DNA of 64,000 bases, from assembly GCA_965240325.2 (NCBI GenBank), contig OZ251251.1:907389-971388 (forward strand), written 5' to 3'. Below are positions 1-10,623 of the stretch, in pieces. Position numbers and translations under genes: made by a program. The stretch's first letter is position 1. Every line of letters begins with the position of its first letter. Under the pieces are notes generated by a model. It was not told the DNA's origin. It did no database searches and was given only the letters and a program-made list of their open reading frames with translations. This DNA comes from Rebecca billardiae RCC1528 (Eukaryota > Protista > Haptophyta).

Positions 1-453
1 CCGCGCTCGGCGCCGCGCTCGGCGCGCTGCACGCCGCGGGCGCGGGCGGGCGCGCGGCGGCGTGGGCACGAGGGCTGTCCGTGCTGTGCGCGGAGCTCGG
101 CGCCGCCGGCGCGGGCGCGTGCCACGCGGCGCTGCTCGAGCTGCCGGCGGGTGCGCAGCTGCGCGCGCTCGGAGGGCTGCTCGGCACCGCGCTGAGCGCC
201 GCGCGCCCGCCCGCCGGCGCCACGCCGGCCGGCGCGCTCTGGCGCCGTCGTGCTGTTCCGCGAGCACCTGCGCGGCGCCGCGCTGGCGGAGGCGCTGGCG
301 CACGGCGGCGGCGCGGACGACGAGGAGGATGAGGAGACGATGAAGATGAGCAGGGCGAGGGCGGCGGACCGTGGGCCGGCACGCCACACGTCTACCGATG
401 ATGCTCGGGCGCCGAACGAAGGCCAGCGCCAGACGCATATGCCTGCGGGTTGA
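1..453 (+). pseudogene. 3' end of a gene entering from the left, apparently frameshifted near 240
   Basis: Frame 3 from base 3 reads ALGAALGALHAAG...LSVLCAELG...GALW. Protein-like sequence then continues in another frame (GAVVLFREHLRGAALAEALAH..., stop at 453). No clear intron bridges the shift. Confidence 0.3.
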
Positions 454-1362
454 GGGCCAAAGCTCCTTTCGCCCGCTCGAAAGTGAAGGTTGTCTCGTTT
501 GCTGTGTGCTGATTGGTGGTCGTCTTTCTATGGGTCGTAACCAAGCCGCTGCGTTTTTGTCAATAGCAAAGTTGGCATGGGCGAAGAGCAAACATCATAG
601 TAAATGCGTGAGTGATTCTCGGTTTTCGAGTCTCTCCGCTCGCTGCGCGCTGATTGGTCGTTGTGCAGCTAACCCAAGGTTTTTAGTACACAGGTTGGTA
701 GGAGTTGTGTTGTGTCGATATGGAATCGTGGACATGGAATGCTGAGCGTTTGACCAATCAACGTCTCGGAAAAAAGGACGAAACATGACTCACACGTGTG
801 AGTACTCCCGATCTCCGGGAGATATGGCCATTTCCGCCCACTGGGGTCATTCAGGTGTAAAGTTGAGTAATTTGGCAGCGCGCAATAAAGGTTCGTCGTT
901 AGTAAAGTTGAGTACTTGACGAAGACTTTTTGCCAGGAGCCCAGGACCTCCAGCGCACGCGCTGGGTCCTCGTCCTATTCGGCAATATGCTATGAAGATT
1001 TACAACAAATCGCAGATTCGTTCACCCAGATATACTGACAAATGCACGTCCGTCCATCGACATATGCGAAATGGCCCGGGCGCGGCTATTTCGTCAATCG
1101 CGTCTTGCTAATGCAGAGCAATGGGCGAATGTACCCCTCGAAAAAGCGAAAACTCACCCTCCAACAGCCCTCAAAATCGTCCCCCGTCCCCTTTTCTTTG
1201 ATCAAAAGATCTGCTTTTTGACAACGTAGTGAGGGCCCCCGGCGGGGCTCCACGCTACGCGCTCCGCCCTGCACCGCGGGCCATCACACGGCCGCCGGGT
1301 ATTTACTTGGACGCACTCGTTATAGTACATAGGCGTTAAGGCTTATAATATATATATATATA

Positions 1363-1713
1363 TGCCTCATCGCCCAGAGCGCGCTAGGCGGCGCGCTCAC
1401 TCTCCAAGCCCTTCTTCTGCAGCTGCGCGCCGCTTGGCCGGCGCGCGGCGACGCGTACTACGACCTCATCCTCATCCAGGCGCCCACGCGGGCGCACGGG
1501 GGCGACAGCCGCGGCTGCCGCTTGCCGGAGCTGCTCGCCGCTAGGTCGGCGGGCGGCGACATCGACTACGACCTCACCCTCATCCAAGTGCTCCGGAAGG
1601 CGCTCGGCCGCGGCGGCATCTGCCGTCGCCGCCGCGTGCCCCAGGCCGAGGCGGTGCTCCATCCCGGCCCCGCTCCCGTAGGGGGGCAGGGTTGCGGGTG
1701 GCGCACTGTCTGA
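1363..1713 (+). pseudogene. 5'-truncated gene fragment with two 36-aa repeats, lying between TA runs
   Basis: Open frame ...[17 protein letters not shown]...[35 protein letters not shown](T/C)CCTCATCCA occurs at 1458 and 1566, 108 bp apart and in frame. No in-frame ATG. Confidence 0.3.
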
Positions 1714-1790
1714 CCTGGACGGAAGGCGCGGACGCATTCTATGTGTCTGTTGCACTCTGAGCCTGACGCTTGTCCGATGCTGCCACGCCG

Positions 1791-1920
<130 letters not shown>

Positions 1921-2666
1921 ATTCCAGTAGGGTGTAGAATCCGCCTGTAGTGCCAATTTCAGACTGCCAAAATGATGTACACAGTCGTGATCTAATTCCT
2001 GAGTGCCAGTGGCGACGACGACAGCCACTACTCCAGGGGCGCGCGCGGATCGGGGCCTGCGTCTCGGTGCCCGGGAGTGATGCCGCTGGGAGTCATGGGA
2101 GTGCAATTGAGGAGTGAGACGGCTTGCGGCAGCATGCCCAGCCTGACAGCATGCCCTGAGCACGGCGGTCAGTTTGGAGAGCGTGAGTTATCACGTGCCA
2201 GCATTCGCGAGAGCAGACCGCGGAGCACGTTTCCGGAGCAGCCGAGCTGTACTATATAAGTGAAAGTCAGCGCGCTATCATCGATCATATCTATAGCTAG
2301 CGCGCATGCCGCGCACCCGAAACGGTTAACGGATGAGTAGCTGACGACCCGCGGGCACTTATTCCGCGCCTCCCGCATATCGGCCTCAGCAGAGTCGCAG
2401 TAGCCGGCCGCGCGGCACTGTCAGTCCGCAGAGTCCGGCTTCTGGAGTCGCTTTGCGACCGTCGGAGCTGCTCTCGAGGCGAAGGAGGAGGAAGGCGTTG
2501 ATCAGCGCCGCTGAAGACTAGGACTAGGCTCTCTCGCGAGGTCCGCCGCGCGGTCTACGCCGCTGATCACGGCCTCTTGAGCACGGTCGGCCAGCGCGCG
2601 CGTCGGCAGCCATCGTGACGCCTGCTCTCATTCAACTTTCGGCCCGTGTTAGCGCACTGTGATTGA

Positions 2667-4744
2667 TCAGTCGTTGCTGTCGTACTCGTCGGCCGCCGCC
2701 GCCTGATTGAACTTGGAGTCGAGCGTCTTGGGCGACGTCACCTTCGAGCCGTGAGGACGGTGTTCGTTCTTCGTCTCCATCTCCGTGCCCCGTGCGCTCT
2801 TCTCCGTACTGGGGCCGCTGCGCACGGCGTTCTTCTGCTCTGGAGTCTCTGGTGCCGGTGCCTGCGGCGCGCGGCGCAGCACAACACGCAGAAAGGGCGG
2901 GCGGTGTCGTCGCGGCTCAGTCAGCGGCGCGCACCACAGAGGAGCCCGCTCGCTGCCGTTTGATTCCGCGCGGTCTTGTCCCCTTACGGGAACGCACAGC
3001 CTCGTGCGTTCGCACGGCGCGGCGCGCGGTGGCAGGAGACAAAGCTTACCTCGTGCTGCTGTGCGGCAGAGTGCGTCTCGCCGTCGCGGCGCGTCTCGTC
3101 ACGCTCCTGCGCCGCGCTCGGCGCCGCGGCCTCGGCGCGCCCCTGCTCGAGCTCCGATTCGGCTGGCGCCTGGGTGCGCCGCGCCCCGTCCAGCGCGGCC
3201 GGCGGCTGCTCGGCGTGCGCAGCGTGCGCGGCGGCCTCGTCAGCGACGCCGCCGCGCGCCCCCTCCAGCTCGGCGGTGGCGCCGCGCCGCCCGTCCGCCT
3301 CCTGCAGCGCCTCGGGCTCGGCGGCGGCGCGCGGCGCGGCCTGGCGCGCCGCTTCACGTTCGGCGAGCAGGTCGGCGTCTTGACGGTCGAGCTCGGCGCG
3401 CAGCGTGTCTCGGCCCACGCGTGCCTCGGTCGCGTCCGCGGCAGCCGCGTCCTCCGCGGCACGAGCAGCGCGCTCCGCGACACGAGCAGCGCGCGCGTGC
3501 GCGCGGGCGTCGTCGCGCTGCTCGAGCGCATGCCGCAGCTGCTCGCGCGCGCCACGCAGCTGCTCGCGCGTCACGTGAAGCTCCTGCACCACGCTCGGCA
3601 CCGCGGCCTCGGCGCGCGCCTGCTCGAGCTCGATCGCCGAAGCGCGCTGCGTCTCGTCCAGCGCGGCCTGCAGCCGCTCGGCGTGCGCGGCGTGCGCGGC
3701 GGCCTCGTCAGCGGCGGCGGCGCGCGCCCCCTCCAGCTCGGCGAGGGCCGCGCGCCGCCCGTCCGCCTCCTGCTGCGCCGCGTTCCGCTGCGCCTCGAGC
3801 TCGGCGGCGGCGCGCGCCGCGGCCTCGCGCGCCTCGTTGCGCGCGGCGAGCAGGTCGGCGTCTTGACGCTCGAGCTCGGCGCGCAGCGTGTCTCGGCACA
3901 CGTGTGCCTCGGTCGCGTCCACGGCAGCGGCCGCGCGGTCACCAGAGGCACCCGACTCGCCAATGGCGCGCGCCTCGGCTGCGCTCACCGAGTTGAGCTC
4001 GTCGTGAGCCTTTTGCCGCTGCGCGCGAAGCTGAACACACAGCCACTCAATCGCTGCCCACAGCCCGCGCAGCAGGGCCAGCAGGGACCACCACAGCCCG
4101 TGCAGCAGCGCCAGCAGGGACCACCACAGCCCGTGCAGCAGCTCTGCGCAGGCCAGCAGGGAGCACCACAGCCCGCGCAGCAGCTTGTCCCCAAGTATGA
4201 GCCACTCATCCGCGAGCGTGCGCTGATGCCACGCCGACTCCTCGGCCTCGGTGACGGCGGGAGGCAGGTGCACCATCTGGTTGGACGCGGCGCGCGCCTC
4301 GGCTTGCGTGTCTGCGGGCTGCTCGTGCAGATCCTCAGACGCGGCGGCGATGCCTGAGCCCGCCGGTGGTGCCTGCTGATCTTGCCGATCCGCTGGGAGC
4401 GCAGCTGAAGAGTGCGCGCCCTCATGCGGCGGACGCGGCTGCGCCGCTGGAGACGGCGCGGCTTGCTGCTCGCGGCGCTTGATGCCTTCGATGACGGTCC
4501 TGATCCACTTCATCCTGGGTGTGCCATCGCCTACGGCGTCGTCATAGCCCAGGTCTTTAGCTGCCTTCTTGAAGTGCTCGAGGTTCCGGGCTTGGATGGC
4601 CTTGACCCAGGCATCCTTTTTTCTCGTCTTGTGCAAGTCCGAGACGCCCACGAGCTCCGCGACTTTCTTGAGCACCGGGTCGAGTCGTTCGCCTTTGAGG
4701 AGGCGGCATTCCTTCTCCGCCCGTTCCGCCGCCGTCGTCGTCAT
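2667..4744 (-). CDS. Spliced coiled-coil protein (~629 aa) with N-terminal tandem HeH/Rho-N-like helical motifs and Trp/Leu 11-aa repeats; exons 4744-3050 and 2861-2667
   Basis: ATG at 4744. Donor GAG|GTAAG at 3049 and acceptor CGCAG at 2862 are both phase 0 and join ...QQHE to APAPETPEQK...DSND*. Contains LLHGLWWSLLA repeats and an E/A/R-rich coiled coil. Confidence 0.7.
3107..3935. repeat. Internal duplication (~470-480 bp period) in the coiled-coil gene
   Basis: CGGCGAGCAGGTCGGCGTCTTGACG at 3361 and 3844; the peptide RDTLRAEL.RQDADLLA occurs twice. Confidence 0.85.
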
Positions 4745-5704
4745 GGCGTGCCGGGAAGGGCGTCCCGCACCAAGGGTGGTCCCCGCACAGCGTCTTCGCG
4801 AAGTACAGGTTCATCAGCGAAATCAGCGTACCCATACCCCCATAGAAGGTAGATACCTTGTCAAGTAGGGAAGGTATTCAATTAACCGCTTGATAAACCC
4901 ACCAAACGGTTGGGTTGCAGTAGTTTGTACCAAGGTTGCCTGGTTGCACAGTACCAACTGTCAAGGGAAGGTAACGGATGTGTTTCATGGCGGAGAGGCC
5001 CTGCTTCATCATCATAGCGATTTGGCGCGAGATCATAGCAAACACCGCCCGCCGCCCTCGCGCGCTGTCTCGCGCTCGGCGCGGTCCGTGGCGCCGCTGA
5101 CGGGCCGTCGCGAGCGCTCGCGCAGCTGCGCTTGGGTGGACCGAACCCGCGCGCGCCGCTGAACCGCGCGCGTGCGCCCTCCTCAGCCGCCGCGGGCCGC
5201 CGGACTGACTGCGGCGCCCTGCTTGGCTGGAGCGTCGCAAACGCGGTCGCGTGGCGAGCCGATACCGATGCTCTCAGCGCGGCGCGTGGCCGCGTGCGCG
5301 ACTGCGCGTGCGAGGTAGTTCATGGCCTATGCATGCCCACCGACAAGCGCCGCGCTCGGCTCGCGACCCGAACCGGCGCGCAAAGCTGACCGCTGCTCAG
5401 ATGCTGGGCTGATGCCTCGTCACTCGCCGCCGCGTCGTGCCACGCGCGCGAGGCGCAGACGACTAGACGAGGGCGCGTGTGCGCTCCGCAGCTGCAGCGC
5501 ATGTGTTGCTTCGCCCTCTCCGCCCGCGGTGCTGCCGCCGCGACAGCTCGGCCTCCGCGGCCGCACCGTACCCGACTGGCCGGGTCGGGGAGCCCTCAGC
5601 CATGGCCTACGTCAGGCGGCCAGCGGCGCGTGAGCGCGGCGGACCGATCGGAGCTCGTCTCGCTCTAGCAGCTAGCAGTGAGTAGCAGGCGCAAGCGCTT
5701 CGCC

Positions 5705-5767
5705 TAGTCAGCCGCTTGGCCAGCCTAGAGCGCGCGCTCGACGATAGGCTGGCCAAGCAGCAGACTA
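5705..5767. repeat. 63-nt hairpin / short inverted repeat
   Basis: TAGTCAGCCGCTTGGCCAGCCTA pairs with TAGGCTGGCCAAGCAGCAGACTA at 21 of 23 positions. The loop contains the palindrome GAGCGCGCGCTC. Confidence 0.8.
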
Positions 5768-5913
5768 TGACGCGATATATAGATCGATGCTATGTGCTGT
5801 CGTCGATCGGCGTATACGCGGCATTGCTGACAGCATCGTGCGTCGTCAGTCGATCGAACTACACTTCACAGCAGCATGGTCCTTCTGAGTTCTGATGAGA
5901 CCTCCGCTTCGGC

Positions 5914-7536
5914 TTATGCTTCGGCAGTTACAGCAGAGCCGACCCTTATTTGCTGCTTGATGGGCGTGTAGGGTTCGGGCGGCTCGCACAGCTCGACGCG
6001 CGCGCACCCGCCGCCGCCCTCCGGGCCAGCGTCGGTCGGCAGCCACACGCGCGCGCACACGCCGAACGGCTCGTCGGCGCTGCCGGAGCGCGCGAGCAGC
6101 GTGACGTGCTCAACCAGCCACTCGGCGTCGGGGCCGGCGGCGGCTGCGGGCGCGGCGGCGGCCGCCGGCTCCCCGCTGCGGTGCGGGCGCGCGGGCTGCG
6201 CCCACGCCGCCTCGAGCCGCGCGCGCGTGGCCTGCGCGTCGGCGGCGGCGGCCTTGCCCAGCGTGAGGTGCGGCGTGAACGGCCGGCCGCCCGGCTCGGC
6301 GCACTGCGGCGCGGCGCGCAGCACGGCCGCGTGCAGCCTCTGCAGCGGATCAGCCTCCGCCGCCGCCTCCGCCGCCGCCTCGCACGTTCCAGCCGGCTGC
6401 GGCCGCAGCCACAGGGTGGCGCTCCCGCCGCCCCGCCGGCCGCGGCCGCCTCCCTTGTGCGCAAACTGCCCGAGCTCGCGCAGCGCGAGGCGGAACGGGC
6501 GCACGCGCGCCTCGTCGAGCGCGCGCGCGACGGCAGCGGCCGCTTGCTCGAGCTCAGAGGGCGGCGGCGCCGCGGCAGCGCCCTCGGCCGCGCCCGCGCC
6601 CGGCGCGACGCCGTGTGCGCGCTCGCGGGGCAGGAGCGGCACGAAGGGGTAGAGCACGTTGACGTGCGGCGGCCAGCGCGCGTACGCCGGGTCGTGTGCC
6701 GCGCGCAGGTGCTGGATGCGACCCCACAGCGCGCGCGGAGGCAGCAGCGCGAGCGCACTCGTCACCGCGCGCGGAAGAGATGCGAGCGGCGCCGCAGCGG
6801 CGGAGGCGGCGGCAGTCGCGGCGGCGGGCGCGGGCGGCTCGGGCGGCGCATGCACGGCCTCCTCGACCACCGCCCGCCCCTCGCCCGCCGCCGCCCCCCA
6901 CGGCCCCTCGACCTCGCGCCCCGTGCGTGCGTCCACCACCCGGCTGAAGCAGCGGCAGGGCAGCAGCCCGGCCTCGCCCAGCCCGGCCGTGAGGAGGACG
7001 CCGTTGGAGGCGCGGAAGAAGCGGAGGCCGAGGGCGTGCGCGGCGGCGAGGTCGACCCAGACGTGCACCTGCGCCGACGCGCGCATCCCCGAGATCACGC
7101 CGCCCTCGCCCGGCAGCTTGTCTGCGAGGTGCACGTGCGTGCGCGCCATGCGCAGCAGCCCGCCTGCTGCGCGGATGCCGCCGAGCGCGCTGTGGTACGT
7201 GCCGTGCACGCCGAGCGTGCCGGGGGGCGGGCTGATCGGCGTGTAGATCGCGGACTCGTCGAGCCCGCCCACCGTGTGCCCCTGGTTCGCGCGGATCAGC
7301 AGCCCGCCGCCGCCCTCCGCGTGTGCGAGCGAGAAGCGCTGCTTGTCGTTGGCCTCGACCACCGCGCGCACCGCCGCCTCCGAGACGCCGCGCAGGCCGG
7401 GCGTGGCGAGGACGGCGGCGAGCGGGACGTAGCCGTCGGGCCGGAGCAGCGGGCGCAGGCCCGCCTCGTCGATGCGGTGGCGCAGCAGCCGCGAGAGCTT
7501 CTTCGAGAGCGCCACGTCGTGGCCGCCGCCGCTCAT
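5914..7536 (-). CDS. TPT1: tRNA 2'-phosphotransferase (Tpt1/KptA) fused to a C-terminal 2H phosphoesterase (LENG9-like), ~540 aa
   Basis: Tpt1 motifs SKKLSRLLRH, DGYV, NDKQRF, IRANQGH, VHGT, MARTHVHL, ISGMR and SNGVLLT. 2H motifs HDPAYARWPPHVNVLYPF and FTPHLTLG. First ATG is at 7536 (MSGGGHD). Confidence 0.92.
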   Translation of the reverse strand: MSGGGHDVALSKKLSRLLRHRIDEAGLRPLLRPDGYVPLAAVLATPGLRGVSEAAVRAVVEANDKQRFSLAHAEGGGGLLIRANQGHTVGGLDESAIYTPISPPPGTLGVHGTYHSALGGIRAAGGLLRMARTHVHLADKLPGEGGVISGMRASAQVHVWVDLAAAHALGLRFFRASNGVLLTAGLGEAGLLPCRCFSRVVDARTGREVEGPWGAAAGEGRAVVEEAVHAPPEPPAPAAATAAASAAAAPLASLPRAVTSALALLPPRALWGRIQHLRAAHDPAYARWPPHVNVLYPFVPLLPRERAHGVAPGAGAAEGAAAAPPPSELEQAAAAVARALDEARVRPFRLALRELGQFAHKGGGRGRRGGGSATLWLRPQPAGTCEAAAEAAAEADPLQRLHAAVLRAAPQCAEPGGRPFTPHLTLGKAAAADAQATRARLEAAWAQPARPHRSGEPAAAAAPAAAAGPDAEWLVEHVTLLARSGSADEPFGVCARVWLPTDAGPEGGGGCARVELCEPPEPYTPIKQQIRVGSAVTAEA

Positions 7537-7833
7537 TGTCGTGGCTGGCGCGACCGGTCCCGCCCGGGCCGGCCCCGCGAGCCTTGCCCTTTTCCGCGGT
7601 GGAGAGTCCGGCCCCTCTATTTTCAATTTCGATGAGTCCGGCTGCAGGCCGCCGCGCCGGCGGGCGCCGCCCCCTCCGCCTGGCTGCTTCGCACGCCGGC
7701 AGGGGGCCGCGCGACGGCCGCGCGGCCGCACCCCGCGGTTCCGACCCGGACCTCGCGGCGTCGCCGCGCCCGCCCGGAGCTCGCCCGCCAGCAGAGCGTG
7801 GTCACCTTCCGCCGGGCCCCAGCCCACGGGCTG

Positions 7834-8454
7834 ATGCCCCCACGGGGGCGGCCGCCAGGGCGGCTGCGCAAGCGGTGGAGGGCGCAGCTGGCGGCGGAGG
7901 GCTTGGAGGAGCCTCCCTTCGACTCGCTCCTCGCCGTGGAGCAGCGGCTCGACGGCCTCCCCGCCATACGGCAGGCGCGCGAGGACCTCGTCGCGCTCGG
8001 CGAGCGTGTCCCGGCGCTGCCCGACGTCTTCAGCACGCGGAGTGCGCTCACCAAGGCGCTGCGCTCCAAGGACGGGCACAACGCCGTGATGCGCCGCTAC
8101 CGCAACGCCCTCAGCCGGACACTCGCGCGCGCGCGGGCCCGCGCCGCGGCGGACGAGGCGCGCCGCGCAGAGGAGCAGGCGCTCGCGCAGCAGCTGCTCG
8201 TGCTCAGCAGCGCGGTCGTGCGCGTGCGCGAGGCCGAGCCGGAGGCGCTGGGCACGCTGCGCGCCGCACCGCCGCCGCCGCCAGGCTTCGCCGCCGAGCC
8301 CGGCGGCGGCGGCGGCGGGGACGCAGCGGCGTCCGAGGGCGCGCGTTCGACGGCGGTGCCTTCATCCGCTGAGGGCCAGCCGCCCCGGCCTGGCGATGCG
8401 GCAACGGCGTCGTGCGCCGCCCCGGCCGCCGCCGCGCCGCCGATGCCAATTTGA
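7834..8454 (+). CDS. Orphan ~206-aa protein whose 3' half is a diverged copy of the 3' end of the TBC1D31-like gene
   Basis: ATG at 7834, head-to-head with TPT1, with coding-like codon usage. EEQALAQQLLVLS...PPGFAA matches EEEALAQQLLALS...PPGFAA at 38.4-38.9 kb. Confidence 0.6.
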   Translation: MPPRGRPPGRLRKRWRAQLAAEGLEEPPFDSLLAVEQRLDGLPAIRQAREDLVALGERVPALPDVFSTRSALTKALRSKDGHNAVMRRYRNALSRTLARARARAAADEARRAEEQALAQQLLVLSSAVVRVREAEPEALGTLRAAPPPPPGFAAEPGGGGGGDAAASEGARSTAVPSSAEGQPPRPGDAATASCAAPAAAAPPMPI

Positions 8455-9083
8455 TGATGTAGTATGCCCTGTATGGCGGACGAGTACGACAGCAGCCAGC
8501 GGCAGCAGCATTTGATCGCGTGGCGCGCAGCGCGCATCAGCAGCGCGACGATCGTCAATACTGCTGCTACTATATATACGACTGCGCTAGCTCGTCACGA
8601 CATATCGTCGTCATAAGCCCTACCGTGCTCGGCCGGCGCGCTCGGACGCCGCAACTACGCAGCCTGGCCAGCCGCAGCCGCCGCCGATTGTGCCTCATCG
8701 GCCGCCCGAGTAACGGAGTTCAACTGTGTAGTCGTCTGTTAATTAAACGACGCGGACGGACTCGTGATCGTCCGTCGTCGCCGTCGGATGATGACGCGAC
8801 GACGATGCTGATGATCGCGGCGGTCGATCACCTGCTGCTCCGTACCCGCGCCCGGTGGTAAATGGCGCGGCAGGCCGCCAGTGCCGCTGCTCGCGGGGAG
8901 CACAGCGCGGACTCGATCGTCGGCCGAGCGCCCGACGCCGCAGGCGGGGCGCAGTGGCTGACGCCGTAGTACCATGCCTGCTGACGGAAAGCGCTGCCCC
9001 TGCGCGGTGGCGGCGGGCTGTGTGCCGTCGGCCGTCTGCTGCAGCCGTGCTCGGCCGTGCTCAGGCCGTGTCCCGGCCGTGCC

Positions 9084-10421
9084 TCAGGCGTACACGTACG
9101 TGTGCAGGAGGTGCACGTACGGGAAGCCCATGTCCTCCACCACGCGCTCGCACTCGCCGACGCCGAGCACGCGCGCGGGCGCGCGCGCGGCCGCGGCCGC
9201 CTCCGCCGCGCGCTCGGCGGCGAGCGCGGCCGCGGCGTCGGCCGCGCCAGCGCTGAGCGGCTCAGCGAGCAGCGCGGGCGCGCGGCACGCGGCGTCGAGG
9301 CGGAAGGCCGACTCGGGGACCGCGTCGGCGCCGAGCGCGTGCGCGTGCACGTCGTACGTCATCAGCGCCACGCGCTCCATGTGCGGCAGCCACGGCAGCA
9401 GCGCCTGCAGCGAGCCGCTCGGGCGCGGAGGAGCGTCGGGCGGCGCGCCCGTGCCGCCGCCGTCGGCGGTGGGCGCGCGCAGGGCGTACGTGGTCACGCG
9501 CAGCGGCAGCACGCCGCGCGCGCCCTCGCGCCTCTCCGGCAGCCACAGCTCGACGAGCTCGTCCGGCAGCTCGTCCTCCGCGAGCTCCGCCGCCTCCGCC
9601 CCCGCCTCCGCCTCCGCCCCCGCCTCCGCCGCGTCTGGCCGATCGCCGTGCGCGCGCGCCGCGCGGCCGGGCGCACCGCCGCGCAGCTCGAGCCAGAGCT
9701 GCGCGCGCACGCCGTGCACCTCCGCCGCGTGCTCGGCGCCGGCGTACAGCAGCGTGCGCGGCAGCCGCGGCGGCGGCATCGCCTCCCGCAGCTTCGACTT
9801 CTCACAGGCCAGCCGCACAGCCGGCCCGTGCGCGCCCGGACTTGCAGAGTCCGGACTTGCAGAGTCCGGACTTGCAGAGTCCGGGGCGGAGCGCGCCGCG
9901 CGGCCGTCGGGGCTGACGGCGACGTTGTCGGTGGCGCCGTCCGCGTCGCCGAGCTCGGGCGCGGGCGTGACCATCAGCTCGAGCCCCACGTCGTACCGCC
10001 GCACGAACACCTTGGCGCCCACCACCGCCTCGACCGCGTCCCCGCCCGCGCCCGTCCGGAGCGTGGAGCCGTCAGCCGCGCTGACGGGCGCGACGAGCGC
10101 GGGCAGGTCGATGCGGCAGCGGCGGTGGGTGTAGTCGTAGTGCACGCGCATCGAGCGCACGCGCGGCGGGTACGCTGCGGGGCGAGCGCGGAGGGGGGCG
10201 GGGCGCGCCGCTCAGCCGGGGCGGCGGCGGTCGTGCTCGGCGCGCCGGCGCGGCGGGCGGCGCGCGGTGGTGCGCGCACGGTTGGAGCTGTTGAGCTGGT
10301 GCGCGGTGGTAACGATGGTGGCGACGAACTGGCGCTCGAGGGCGGGCGGCTCAAGCGTCTCGCGCGCGGCGCAGCCCGCGAGCGCCAGCGCGCCGAGCGC
10401 GGCTCGCCAGGCCGGCGCCAT
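9084..10421 (-). CDS. Secreted protein, probable ependymin-related/LolA-like fold (~410 aa); exons 10421-10280 and 10174-9084
   Basis: Signal peptide MAPAWRAALGALALAGCAA. A 105-bp GTGCGC...CGCAG intron joins NSSN-P-YPPRVR in frame. Motifs QFVATI, VHYDY..RRCRID, VFVRRYD, CEKSKL..MPPPRLP and VHGVRAQLW. A 15-bp repeat x3 (PDSAS) lies at ~9836-9884. Confidence 0.65.
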
Positions 10422-10623
10422 GGCTGCACACCTCCGACGCCGTGCGGCGTGCCAGCCCGTCCGGGCGTGAGCGCTGCGCGCAGGACCCTTGCTTGACCCC
10501 CCGGTTTCGGCGTTTCCCGAACCCCCCTTGTTCCCACCAGCAATCTCTTGCTTTCGGGGACTTTCTGAGCTCTTCGGTTACTGACTAGCTAGGAGTAGGG
10601 AGCCCGGGTACCACGCGTGCGCC

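Noticed and set aside
7537-8079. 181-aa N-terminal extension of TPT1
   Set aside because: Non-ATG start, and it is antisense to the better-coding ORF at 7834.
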